Assembly: GCA_027460535.1 (NCBI GenBank)
Contig: JAPZAR010000006.1
Coordinates: forward strand, 79,981-111,980
Source of the DNA: Candidatus Methanoperedens sp.
GTDB lineage: Archaea; Halobacteriota; Methanosarcinia; Methanosarcinales; Methanoperedenaceae
DNA: 32,000 nt
Direction: 5' to 3'
Shown: positions 5,965 to 14,837 of the stretch, one piece after another
Layout: the number at the start of each line of letters is the position of its first letter
Position numbering within the stretch: the stretch's first letter is position 1
Notes under the pieces: generated by a model
What the model saw: the letters and a program-made list of their open reading frames with translations, nothing else
Database searches by the model: none
Told to the model about the DNA's origin: nothing
Program-made: the position numbers and the translations under genes

Positions 5965-7353
5965 ATGAGAAATAAAAAGGTTACTTATGTTTTAGTGTCG
6001 CTGCTAATCATTGCCGGGTTGATCGCGGCTGGTTGCGTGGGCCCAAATCAATCCGCTGCGCCCAAACCAACAGTAAACGAAACAATTGCTGTCCAGCAGT
6101 CCACTGAAAACGATCGCATGATAGATCAAAATGCCAAAACGATGATGGAACAGGGCAGGCAAATCTTTCGTTTTGACACTTTCGGCGATGAAGCCTTCTG
6201 GGGCGATTCTCTTAAGCTGCATCAGGCCATCGCAGGCACGGCTAATGGTGGCGTGGGACCGGGCGTGAGCCCGAAAACAGCTTTAGCTGTAGGTTTAAAA
6301 GTCGATATGGATGCGCTTCCGAAAGAACTGGTTGATAATCTGAAAGCTGGCAAAGTCAATCTGGATGACCCGGCCACTACGCTTGCGCTTCTTAAGCTGA
6401 ACGCTGTTGTTGGAGTTAATGGTTCATTTGATAATTCTGGAAAACTCAGTTCAATTGGAATTACATGTGCTCTTTGCCACTCAACAGTAGATGATTCGTT
6501 CTCTCCGGGCATTGGCCACCGCCTGGATGGCTGGGCAAACCGCGATCTTAACGTTGGAGCAGTTGTAAATCTTTCCCCCGATCTTACATCTGTAGCCAAA
6601 ATTCTGGGCGTTCCTGAAGCTACAGTGCGAAAAGTACTCAACAGTTGGGGTCCAGGGAAATTCGATGCAGAGCTTTTCATGGATGGTCCCGCCAAAGCTT
6701 TCCGTCCGGATGGAAAGTCAGGAGCCACACTGATCCCGCCAGCGTTCGGTCTTGCAGGCGTGAACCTTCATACCTGGACAGGATGGGGTTCCGTACCACA
6801 CTGGAATGCATTCGTCGCCAATCTGGAGATGCACGGTAAGGGGAATTTCTTTGACCCTCGATTGGATAATGCATCTCAGTTCCCGATAGCTGCTGCTAAT
6901 AGGTTTGGTCATGTGACTATCGATCCTGACCAGGATATGATTACTTCAAAGCTTCCTGCCCTTCAGTTCTACCAGCTTTCCATTCCCGCTCCCAAGCCAC
7001 CTTCAGGCAGTTTCAACGAGGAGGCAGCTAAGCGGGGGGACGAACTCTTTGGAGGGAAGGCCGGTTGCGGCAAGTGCCACATCGAGCCTCTGTGGACGGA
7101 GCCAGGCTGGAATATGCACAAGCCCAGTGAAATCGGTATCGACGATTTCCAGGCTAATAGAGCGCCTGATCGAAGTTATCGCACATCTCCGCTAGCGGGA
7201 CTCTGGACTCATCAGAAAGGTGGCTTCTACCATGATGGTCGCTTTGCCACTCTTAGGGATGTGGTAGATCACTACAACAGCTTCTTTAAACTGAACCTGA
7301 CCTCACAGGAAGAGAATGACATTGTCGAGTATCTGAAGTCAGTCCCGGACTGA
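5965..7353 (+). CDS. Di-haem c-type cytochrome, cytochrome c peroxidase/MauG-like, probable lipoprotein
   Basis: A GGAGG site lies upstream of the ATG. The N-terminus has a signal sequence plus a lipobox-like AAGC. Two CxxCH motifs are present: CALCH at 6466-6480 and CGKCH at 7066-7080. The C-terminal segment GGFYHDGRFATLRDVVDHYN...EENDIVEYLKSV resembles the CCP/MauG family C-terminus. Confidence 0.75.
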   Translation: MRNKKVTYVLVSLLIIAGLIAAGCVGPNQSAAPKPTVNETIAVQQSTENDRMIDQNAKTMMEQGRQIFRFDTFGDEAFWGDSLKLHQAIAGTANGGVGPGVSPKTALAVGLKVDMDALPKELVDNLKAGKVNLDDPATTLALLKLNAVVGVNGSFDNSGKLSSIGITCALCHSTVDDSFSPGIGHRLDGWANRDLNVGAVVNLSPDLTSVAKILGVPEATVRKVLNSWGPGKFDAELFMDGPAKAFRPDGKSGATLIPPAFGLAGVNLHTWTGWGSVPHWNAFVANLEMHGKGNFFDPRLDNASQFPIAAANRFGHVTIDPDQDMITSKLPALQFYQLSIPAPKPPSGSFNEEAAKRGDELFGGKAGCGKCHIEPLWTEPGWNMHKPSEIGIDDFQANRAPDRSYRTSPLAGLWTHQKGGFYHDGRFATLRDVVDHYNSFFKLNLTSQEENDIVEYLKSVPD

Positions 7354-7485
7354 GTCACTTGGGCCGCTGGAGTTGAGAAGAAAATCGAGAAATATCATTA
7401 ACGCACTCAAAGGCAGAAACGCTGTCAGTCGAACAACCTCAAAAAAGTGATTCGATAATATGTGATGAAGCTTCCCAGCGGGCTC

Positions 7486-7492
7486 TTTTTTT
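7486..7492 (+). terminator. Oligo-T (T7) archaeal termination signal candidate downstream of the di-haem cytochrome gene
   Basis: A run of seven T residues, located in the 3' intergenic region. Confidence 0.35.
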
Positions 7493-7566
7493 AAGGATTA
7501 AACAGCTGTTTCTTTACAGGTTGAATCCACAGTATTTAAATATTTCTCTGACGCAAAAGGTAACCA

Positions 7567-8505
7567 ATGAAGAACCAGAAAGTGTTGATTACCGGGGGTG
7601 CAGGTTTCATAGGGAGCAATCTGGCAGAGGAACTGGCCTTGGAAAACGAGGTTGTTGTCCTGGATGACCTCTCCACGGGAAAGGGTGAAAACATTAAAAA
7701 GCTTACCGGGAAAGACAATTTCAAGTTCATCCGGGGAAGCATTACCGACCTCGAATTGCTGCAAAAAATATCGGAGGGCATTGACTATGTCTTTCATCTC
7801 GCAGCCAAACCAAGCGTTCCAGAGAGCATAAAAGACCCCATATCAAGCAATGAAGTCAATATTAACGGGACTCTGAACCTGCTGATCGCTGCCAGGGACC
7901 ATGATGTCAGGAAGGTGGTCTACTCATCCTCCTGTGCAGTTTATGGAGATGCAAATGCTATGCCGGTTAGTGAAATGGCGGCGGTATGCCCTAAATCCCC
8001 CTACGCAGTAGCCAAGCTCACAGGCGAATATTATGGGAGGGTTTTTACCGAGATATATGACATACCAGTGGCATCTCTTCGATATTTCAATGTTTATGGG
8101 CCGCGCCAGGATCCGAATTCCGAGTACGCCGCAGTCGTACCGAAGTTCATAAGCAAAGTAATGGGCGATACACCGCCGGTGATATATGGGGATGGGCTCC
8201 AGACAAGGGATTTCGTTTTCGTCAGGGATGTGGTAAGGGCGAATATCCTGGCATCAAAAACCGGGGTTACCGGGGAGTTCAATATAGGGGGAGGGAATGG
8301 GATAACGATACTCGAACTGGCTGATAAAATAAATGATCTATGGGGGAAAGATATCAAGCCCTTCCACGAAGGGCAAAGAGAAGGGGAAATAAAACACAGC
8401 TGGGCCGATATATCAAAAGCCAGGTCTTTCGGCTACGAACCCGCGTATTCGCTGAAAGATGGGTTAAGGGAAACAATAAGATGGTACAGTAATGAAACCA
8501 TCTGA
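7567..8505 (+). CDS. NAD-dependent nucleotide-sugar epimerase/dehydratase (extended SDR, GalE/WbpP-like)
   Basis: 312 aa. The N-terminus has the Rossmann motif VLITGGAGFIGSNL. The catalytic YxxxK is at YAVAKLTGEYY. The overall pattern fits UDP-sugar 4-epimerases. Confidence 0.85.
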   Translation: MKNQKVLITGGAGFIGSNLAEELALENEVVVLDDLSTGKGENIKKLTGKDNFKFIRGSITDLELLQKISEGIDYVFHLAAKPSVPESIKDPISSNEVNINGTLNLLIAARDHDVRKVVYSSSCAVYGDANAMPVSEMAAVCPKSPYAVAKLTGEYYGRVFTEIYDIPVASLRYFNVYGPRQDPNSEYAAVVPKFISKVMGDTPPVIYGDGLQTRDFVFVRDVVRANILASKTGVTGEFNIGGGNGITILELADKINDLWGKDIKPFHEGQREGEIKHSWADISKARSFGYEPAYSLKDGLRETIRWYSNETI

Positions 8506-8656
8506 AATATTCTGAACGGGAAAACATATTCGGGGGTCTCAAGTGAGGAATGCGATCAAAGATTTGATCAGCAGGCGGCCCCCAATATCCGGCGCATATA
8601 TGGTGTCTGGATATTAAGACCACTTTACTACCCGGAAAGCTTATTGAGATATTAAT

Positions 8657-9328
8657 TTACTTTTTTTTAACTTCCACAACATCAGACGCGGTGAATGGGG
8701 TGCCTGCAGGACTATTCTTTGCTTCAAGGAGCCATGTATATTTGCCAGCGACTCTGGGGCTGGTGAGCGTGCCTTTAGACAACTCTACTTTTACCATTTC
8801 GTGACTCAATATGGGACCTGCTATTCCACCGAGAGAAAGGTTGAGGTAACCAGGGGTGCCAGAAGTTGGCTTGGTAAATTTGAGAGAAGTAGTACCGATG
8901 ACCATGTTCGTCATAAGTAGACCTCTCTTGGTTCTATAAGTATGACCGGAATCCGTTGAAAATCTTACATCAACGGTTTCATTTGCTGTGTTGTTTGAAA
9001 TTATATAGATTATTACTTTAGATTTATTCATCTTATTGAACCAGGTGTATTTGATGACTGTTTTGCCCGGCGAGGGAAGACCGAACGAATAACCCTTTGG
9101 AATTGTTGCATTAAGGAAAAAAAATCCGCCAGGAGGGGCGCTTTCTGCTTGCATGTTGGCTTGATATTCATGATCAGAAGAACTAACGACGGTAACATGC
9201 GGCTCTATGCTCAGTTTTATACCTTGATCAGGAGCCTGCGCAGGCACCAACATTACCATTATTAAAATCGGAGATAAAACCAAAAATGTTAAAACAGACC
9301 GCGATAAATTGTTATACTTTTTATACAT
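8657..9328 (-). CDS. Hypothetical secreted protein
   Basis: 223 aa. The N-terminus has a hydrophobic signal or anchor (LTFLVLSPILIMVMLVPAQA). The rest is beta-rich. I recognise no family. Confidence 0.55.
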   Translation of the reverse strand: MYKKYNNLSRSVLTFLVLSPILIMVMLVPAQAPDQGIKLSIEPHVTVVSSSDHEYQANMQAESAPPGGFFFLNATIPKGYSFGLPSPGKTVIKYTWFNKMNKSKVIIYIISNNTANETVDVRFSTDSGHTYRTKRGLLMTNMVIGTTSLKFTKPTSGTPGYLNLSLGGIAGPILSHEMVKVELSKGTLTSPRVAGKYTWLLEAKNSPAGTPFTASDVVEVKKK

Positions 9329-9521
9329 ATTAATCTCCTTTTACTTCGAAAATATGAAAGCTCCACCTTAATCCACTAAAATCAAATACAGCTCTTTACT
9401 ATTTATACTCATCGGTATAACTATTATAAATATTATATTAATTATAATGATAATCCCCATGTATCGAGACGATAGTTTTATCACATATGTAAAAGAATGT
9501 GATTCCCGGGAGGCTCTAAAA

Positions 9522-10349
9522 ATGTGGTTCTTTAATAACAAGCCGCTGGGCATCGCAATATTTTCCATGACCCTTGCAATTCTTTTTTTCTCCATCATCC
9601 CGGCATCTGCAACCACAGTAATCTCTCTTGACAATACCGTTGATACTCCTGACAGGACAGTGACATATCAAGATAAGAACTATGAACTACAAGATGTGGG
9701 CGCGTATCTTATCGGTGAGCCTGTTAACATAAGTGTTAATGTCACGGATATAAATAGCTTCCAGCTCTCGCTTCTGGATATGAAAGAAGATTTCCTCTGG
9801 AACAACATGGTTTATTATACCGGGGGAAAGGCTGAAATGATCATGCCTGCATATGTGGTTACCATCCCTGGCACCTACATCTATGCAGTATTCTATCAGG
9901 GAGACATGGTGGCCTTCAAACCCGTGGTTTTCTCTCAAAATAAAATTACTATTTCACCGGACAGGACTACAGTCGCTCCCGGAGGCTCGCTGCATATCAA
10001 AGTCAAAGTTATCCCGGATACCAGCATGCCCGTTAAGGTAGTGCTTGCAAAAGATAGCAGTAGCCTTGAATATCCCGTTAACCGCACCCATGAAGGGTCA
10101 TATGAAACTGAAATAAAGTTACCTATGAGCGCCTACGGCAGATTTTCTTTATATGGCGCTATAGTATCGGAGAATAAGGTCATGGGAACTGATGAATTCA
10201 TGGGGATTTCTAATGCAGGTACTATAAATATAACCGACATTCCCCAGTCTGGGCTTCCCTCAAAATCTGGTGACTACTCTTTATTGACAATTCTCTTCGT
10301 ATTTCTTGCCGGACTTCTTCTTCTGGTATTCAGAAAAGGAAAGAGTTGA
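9522..10349 (+). CDS. Hypothetical secreted/surface protein with a C-terminal transmembrane anchor
   Basis: Track ORF 9447..10349. I prefer the ATG at 9522 (MWFFNNKPLGIAIFSMTLAILFFSIIPASA looks like a signal peptide). The body is Ig-like and beta-rich with N-x-S/T sequons. The C-terminus LLTILFVFLAGLLLLVFRKGKS looks like an anchor. Confidence 0.6.
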   Translation: MWFFNNKPLGIAIFSMTLAILFFSIIPASATTVISLDNTVDTPDRTVTYQDKNYELQDVGAYLIGEPVNISVNVTDINSFQLSLLDMKEDFLWNNMVYYTGGKAEMIMPAYVVTIPGTYIYAVFYQGDMVAFKPVVFSQNKITISPDRTTVAPGGSLHIKVKVIPDTSMPVKVVLAKDSSSLEYPVNRTHEGSYETEIKLPMSAYGRFSLYGAIVSENKVMGTDEFMGISNAGTINITDIPQSGLPSKSGDYSLLTILFVFLAGLLLLVFRKGKS

Positions 10350-10410
10350 CAAACATAATACTCTTGATTTCCGGATTGAAGAGGTTATCTTTTTTTTATT
10401 TTGCTTTTTC

Positions 10411-10786
10411 CGTAAATATGGGGATGAAGCTTTTGATAGAGCGATGGAAATGCTAAAACACATTGACGTAAGAATCGATAGAGTGAGGCTTGATAAAAAT
10501 TACAGCCTACCATCTTATGTTGATAGATTCGGGAATGCCAGGGTCTATGTCATTCCAAGGAAAAATGCGACATTGAGAGGAAATGGAAGGATACGATGAA
10601 GGAGTTTGTGGATAATACAATTCCATACCTTGAACAATATTATTTGAGAAATAATTCTGAATCTGGATTTTCGGCGGATAAGAGATGGTTCGGGTGGAAA
10701 GTGGGACAAAAAGGGATGATCGGATTGGTACTGCTTTAACCTGCACTGGCATCTGGCATAATTTGTTAAATCTGTACCCTGCTTAA
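10411..10786 (+). mobile_element. Decayed IS4-family DDE transposase gene fragment (C-terminal region, frameshifted)
   Basis: Frame 1 reads ...RVRLDKNYSLPSYVD...VIPRKNA. Frame 0 (10596-10739) reads MKEFVDNTIPYLEQYYLRNNSESGFSADKRWFGWKV and contains an exact Y-x2-R-x3-E-x6-K (YREK) signature at 10638-10682. A further frame reads ...LTCTGIWHNLLNLYPA*. I found no intact ORF and no terminal inverted repeats. Confidence 0.6.
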
Positions 10787-10883
10787 TTCTATCCCACAGC
10801 CGTGGTTACCCTAAGATATTAGTAATACTGAAAATCATATACTATTAAGGCTTCAAAAAATATATTGCGTGGAGGTTAGAAAG

Positions 10884-11387
10884 ATGGCAAGTATCGAAGA
10901 TATTCCTTTAGAGAAAAGATGGGAGATCGCGGCAAAATCAGCAAGTGCCATGCCGCTTATGTATGACATGCACTTTCGGAAAGTTCTTGGTGAAAAGTAT
11001 GATGAGATCGAGCAACCGCTATGGATCGAATTGGGCAAGGAATTGAAGAACTTTGCAACAGCAATGGGTCTGCCCTCAAGGAATGCAAAAGAGGTCAGCG
11101 ATATTTTCAGGATTGCAGGAATGACCCTGTACGGACCTGAATTCAGATTCGAGATGTTAGAGGAGTCAAAAGAAAGGGTCGTGGGAAGGGTAGTTGAGTG
11201 TCCTATGCTCAACAGGGCAAGGGAAATGGGTTTAGATCCGGAAACAGTTGCCCTGAGAGCATGTGTGACATTTAATAGATCAGCTGTTGAGAACCTGAAT
11301 CCCAAATACACCCACAAATTAAACGCTAACATGTGCAGCGGAGACAGGTCATGTGAGATGGTCATCGAACGCCAGAATAATGTCTGA
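10884..11387 (+). CDS. Hypothetical protein (possibly L-2-amino-thiazoline-4-carboxylic acid hydrolase-like fold; uncertain)
   Basis: Track ORF 10869..11387. The ATG at 10884 is preceded by GGAGGT. The Cys pattern ECPML...RACVTF...NMCSGDRSCEMVI is reminiscent of ATC-hydrolase-like small proteins. I judged this from memory only. Confidence 0.5.
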   Translation: MASIEDIPLEKRWEIAAKSASAMPLMYDMHFRKVLGEKYDEIEQPLWIELGKELKNFATAMGLPSRNAKEVSDIFRIAGMTLYGPEFRFEMLEESKERVVGRVVECPMLNRAREMGLDPETVALRACVTFNRSAVENLNPKYTHKLNANMCSGDRSCEMVIERQNNV

Positions 11388-11739
11388 CTCCTGGAGAAGC
11401 AACTTTAGGGCATTTTACTCCCCAGTTTTAATATTAGTCTTGGTCGTATAAAATTTGGCTTTTTGATATGGATTTTAGTATTCAAATGAGTTATCGGTTC
11501 TGATAACCAAAATCTATTAATATCATTAATGTGAAAATGTAATATTGGAGAGCAAACCGGGTTGATCATGTCTGGACTTACTATGGCCTGTAAGCCCGGA
11601 ATGATATAGAAATGCCAAACATGGGTAAAGCCATGTGCGGATTAACTATGGATTTGGTTCCCGCCCGGGCTTGAATCCATTCATGAACTATTTTTGTCAA
11701 GGCATCTGTCCCTGGCGAACCGCGGGACAGCGAATCAAT

Positions 11740-11970
11740 TCACTTCTTGAATTCATAGATGTCTGGCCATTTCTCCGGAGGCGTAAGTGGTGGGGGATAT
11801 TCTGGAAATGGATGAACACCTGTCTTTAATTCTTTCTTTTTCAATGCCATCATGCCGGCTCTTATCAAGGCGATAATGGCGTCTTCCTTTTCCTTGTAGA
11901 TCCCCCGTGATACCAAATTCTCTATGCCTTCCTCTAAATCTTGAGGCAGATGGATAGTGATTTCTTCCAT
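11740..11970 (-). CDS. Ribbon-helix-helix (CopG-family) DNA-binding protein with a Pro-rich C-terminal tail
   Basis: 76 aa. It has a beta strand (EITIHLPQDL) and two helices (EEGIENLVSRGIY and KEDAIIALIRAGMMAL), then HPFPEYPPPLTPPEKWP. Confidence 0.65.
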   Translation of the reverse strand: MEEITIHLPQDLEEGIENLVSRGIYKEKEDAIIALIRAGMMALKKKELKTGVHPFPEYPPPLTPPEKWPDIYEFKK

Positions 11971-12258
11971 GAATCTAATTCAGCCTGTCTTGCCAAATAG
12001 GTTTCCAAAATTGGTTACATTGATTACTATAGATTGGACAAAAGCAGTAAATTGATGTTGATGCTCAGGAACTAACCGTGTACAACAGGTGGATGTGCGA
12101 GAATGGGTGAACCATTTTATAGAGAAATCCTGCGCGCGGATAATAGGGAATTCGGGCTAAAAAATTTGAAGGATACGATTATTAGATTGGCTGATGCCGA
12201 TGGAGGTCATGTTGCTTCCAGAGAAAAAAGATCCGGTTAAAGCGTGGAAAGGAAGCGA

Positions 12259-13014
12259 TTATTTTATCGTCCATCCTCCATCAACGACAAGCGAGGCCCC
12301 GGTGATGAAATCTGCATCATGGGACGCAAGAAATACCGCTGCACCCGCAATTTCCTCTGGTCTTCCAGCTCTTCCCGCCGGAGTAGCAGACATGAGATCC
12401 TTTCTGGTCGCCTCGTCTTTGAGAAGATCCGAGGTCATAGTGGTCTCGATCACTCCAGGACAGATGGCATTGATATTGATATGGGGCGAATAATCCAGTG
12501 CCATCTCTTTTGTCAATAATATTAATCCTCCTTTTGATGCGCAGTATGCAGGACTTGCAGGAAAGCCTACTATCCCGGCGACAGAGGCTATATTGATGAT
12601 CCTGCCCTTGATTCCATCATTTTCATTTCTTAGCATTTCGGGTATTGCACGTTTTGAGCAAAGAAAAGCCCCCTTCAGATTAACATCTATTACCGAGTCC
12701 CATTCTTCTTCGCTCGTCTCATGGGCAAGATGTAATCTGAAAATTCCCGCGTTGTTAACAAGTATGTCGAGTCTGCCGAATTTTTCAACTGTCTTACCGA
12801 TCAGTCGATCAACCTCATTGGCATTTGAGACATCAGCCTGCACTACGGTATACTTCCCTCCCACCTTCTTTATTCTGTCCACTGTCTCCTGAGCCTTCCG
12901 CTCATGGCAATTGACCGTGACGGAGGCACCTTCTGCCGCAAAATATGCGGCAATCGCCTGGCCAATCCCTGTCCCAGAGCCTGTAACCACTGCAACCATG
13001 CCTTTCAGCTTCAT
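12259..13014 (-). CDS. Short-chain dehydrogenase/reductase (FabG / glucose 1-dehydrogenase-like)
   Basis: 251 aa. Motifs present: TGSGTGIGQAIA (TGxxxGIG), NNAGI, and the catalytic YCASKGG (YxxxK). Confidence 0.9.
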   Translation of the reverse strand: MKLKGMVAVVTGSGTGIGQAIAAYFAAEGASVTVNCHERKAQETVDRIKKVGGKYTVVQADVSNANEVDRLIGKTVEKFGRLDILVNNAGIFRLHLAHETSEEEWDSVIDVNLKGAFLCSKRAIPEMLRNENDGIKGRIINIASVAGIVGFPASPAYCASKGGLILLTKEMALDYSPHININAICPGVIETTMTSDLLKDEATRKDLMSATPAGRAGRPEEIAGAAVFLASHDADFITGASLVVDGGWTIK

Positions 13015-13338
13015 GAACTACCTCCACGAATAATATTCATTTCTATCAAATCTTTTGTGATTAAATCAGATTTCATATCGAACCCCCAATAAGAATTCTA
13101 TATTATATCATATAAAAGTTTGCTGGAGTCTCGCTTTAGAAAAGAATGCTTATATGGCCCCTGAAACTTCGATTGGTGAGCAAGAGTTGGACAAAAAGAA
13201 AAAAAGATGGTTCGAGTGGGTTCCAGAAAATGGAGGATATGCTGTTGGAAGACAGACTTCTTAGCCATAGAAAACTTTAAGTGTATTCACTTTCATAAGA
13301 TTTTATTGTTGCCAATTGAAGTCAAAGGGGGTGACAAA

Positions 13339-13503
13339 ATGGCCAAGGAAGTTGATTGCAAATCAGCAGGGATAGACTGCCCTTTCATGCTTCGCACGGA
13401 GAGTGACGATGAGCTCGTTTCGGTCACCCAGCAGCATGTTAAGAAAATACATAAAAAAGATGTCTCCAGGCAAGACATCCTCAAAATGGCAAGGAAGGTG
13501 TAG
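13339..13503 (+). CDS. DUF1059-family small protein
   Basis: An internal ATG of track ORF 13207..13503 is preceded by GGGGGTGA. The product is MAKEVDCKSAGIDCPFMLRTESDDELVSVTQQHVKKIHKKD..., the typical DUF1059 pattern. Confidence 0.7.
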   Translation: MAKEVDCKSAGIDCPFMLRTESDDELVSVTQQHVKKIHKKDVSRQDILKMARKV

Positions 13504-13528
13504 GCAGGTGTTGCCTACCCATATTTTT
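13500..13528 (+). terminator. Hairpin (gtaggca-ggtgt-tgcctac) plus a T-run, terminator candidate after the DUF1059 gene
   Basis: A 7 bp stem overlaps the stop codon and is followed by atttttat. Confidence 0.45.
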
Positions 13529-13681
13529 ATATCGGCGTGTTGGGGTTGGAGGCTGGCAATATCTTTGTGGGGGCTTCCGGTGCTTTCAATTGCAATAAAG
13601 TTTATAAACTAAAAAGTCATGTGGAACTGAAATCGCATAAAGCATTTCTAACATGCATTCCAATTATTGGAGGATTATTCA

Positions 13682-14203
13682 ATGGCAAGAAAACCAGGAA
13701 GAATGTACAGGAACATAACCCAGAGGTCTTACACAAGAAGAGAATATATGGGGGGTGTCCCGGGCAGCAAGATCGTGACCTACGATATGGGGAATTTGAA
13801 GGACGAGTTCCCGGTGGAGATATCAATTGTAGCAAAAGAAGCGTGCCAGATCCGGCACAGTGCTCTTGAAGCTGCACGCATTGCGGCTAACAGAATCTTG
13901 ATTGAGGATATTGGACCGACAAATTATCATTTGAAAATAAGAGTATTCCCTCATGAAGTCCTGCGCGAGAATAAACAGGCAACAGGGGCGGGCGCTGACC
14001 GTGTTTCTCAGGGAATGCGTAATGCATTTGGAAAAGCGATTGGCACTGCAGCCAGGGTCAGGGCGGGACAGAAGCTAATGACCTTGTTCGTGAACCCGGC
14101 CAGTTTCAAACAGGCCAAGAGATCACTTGTGTCGGCAGGGCATAAACTCCCGACGCCGATCAGTCTGATCGTTGGAAAAGGGCAAGAATTGATCTTAACG
14201 TAA
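13682..14203 (+). CDS. rpl10e: 50S ribosomal protein L10e (uL16)
   Basis: The ATG at 13682 is preceded by [44 protein letters not shown] is the canonical archaeal L10e N-terminus. Confidence 0.93.
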   Translation: MARKPGRMYRNITQRSYTRREYMGGVPGSKIVTYDMGNLKDEFPVEISIVAKEACQIRHSALEAARIAANRILIEDIGPTNYHLKIRVFPHEVLRENKQATGAGADRVSQGMRNAFGKAIGTAARVRAGQKLMTLFVNPASFKQAKRSLVSAGHKLPTPISLIVGKGQELILT

Positions 14204-14207
14204 ACGC

Positions 14208-14828
14208 ATGAACGATTATCTGGCAAATCTGGACAGGGCCTTAAGTCAGGTACCTGCAATCAAGGGAACGGGAGAACGTTTCGTAGTCCCCGAGCCCAAA
14301 ATGCTTACCGAGGGCAAAACCTCAGTTCTAGAGAATTTTGCGGCAATAGCAGATAAATTGAACCGCGAACCGGAACATATATTCAAATTCCTATTACGGG
14401 AATTGGGCACGGCTGGCAAGATGGAAGGCCAGAGGGCAATATTCCAGGGGAGATTTACCTCGATGGTTATCGGGGAACTTATTAATGCCTATATTACCGA
14501 ATACGTTACTTGTTCTGAATGTGGGCGTCCCGATACGCATCTGATGAAAAGTGACAGGGTTCTTACATTGCGCTGCGATGCTTGCGGCGCTCACAGGCCG
14601 GTCACGAAACGCCAGGCACCCAGTTTAGTAAAAGAAGAGGCTATTGTAGAGGGTCAAACCTATGAAGTCATGATCGCAGCGGTGGGGAGCAAAGGGGACG
14701 GGATCGCCAAGAAGGACAAATATACTATTTATGTACCGGGTGCAAGCAAAGGGGAAATCGTCATGATAAAGATAAAAAAGATCACTGGAAACCTGGCCTT
14801 TGCCGAATTTATAGAAAAGAAAGGATAA
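14208..14828 (+). CDS. eif2b: Translation initiation factor aIF2 beta subunit with a C-terminal TRAM domain
   Basis: 206 aa. It has the eIF2-beta core with a zinc ribbon (CSECGRPDT...CDACG). The C-terminal ~65 aa ([45 protein letters not shown]) is TRAM-like. Confidence 0.88.
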   Translation: MNDYLANLDRALSQVPAIKGTGERFVVPEPKMLTEGKTSVLENFAAIADKLNREPEHIFKFLLRELGTAGKMEGQRAIFQGRFTSMVIGELINAYITEYVTCSECGRPDTHLMKSDRVLTLRCDACGAHRPVTKRQAPSLVKEEAIVEGQTYEVMIAAVGSKGDGIAKKDKYTIYVPGASKGEIVMIKIKKITGNLAFAEFIEKKG

Positions 14829-14837
14829 CACTGAGTA

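Noticed and set aside
5727-5965. tRNA-Val considered as an integration site for a genomic island carrying the di-haem cytochrome.
   Set aside because: I found no second copy of the tRNA 3' end (gaatctccgcgggccc) anywhere downstream in the window. No integrase gene is adjacent.
11630-11700. The sequence ggttcccgcccgggcttgaatcc, considered as a tRNA T-arm-like fragment (a possible att remnant).
   Set aside because: It does not fold into a T-arm with a flanking acceptor stem, and it does not match the tRNA-Val in the window. It is probably a chance resemblance.
12103-12240. A 45 aa plus-strand ORF (MGEPFYREILRADNREFGLKNLKDTIIRLADADGGHVASREKRSG) in the gap between the RHH and SDR genes.
   Set aside because: There is no clear RBS or TATA, it has no family resemblance, and it ends close to the convergent SDR gene. 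The evidence is insufficient.
13146-13264. Small ORFs downstream of a strong TATA-like tract (tatattatatcatataaaag, around 13101-13121): a 36 aa ORF at 13154-13264 (MAPETSIGEQELDKKKKRWFEWVPENGGYAVGRQTS) and an overlapping 50 aa ORF starting at 13146.
   Set aside because: They are too short to judge from sequence alone, they belong to no recognisable family, and two frames compete. They are worth checking with Ribo-seq but are not supportable as features.
14208-14828. The aIF2-beta fused to a TRAM domain, considered as a novel fusion.
   Set aside because: As far as I recall, aIF2-beta of ~200 aa with this C-terminal extension is the normal form in Methanosarcinales. I treat it as a lineage marker rather than a novelty.
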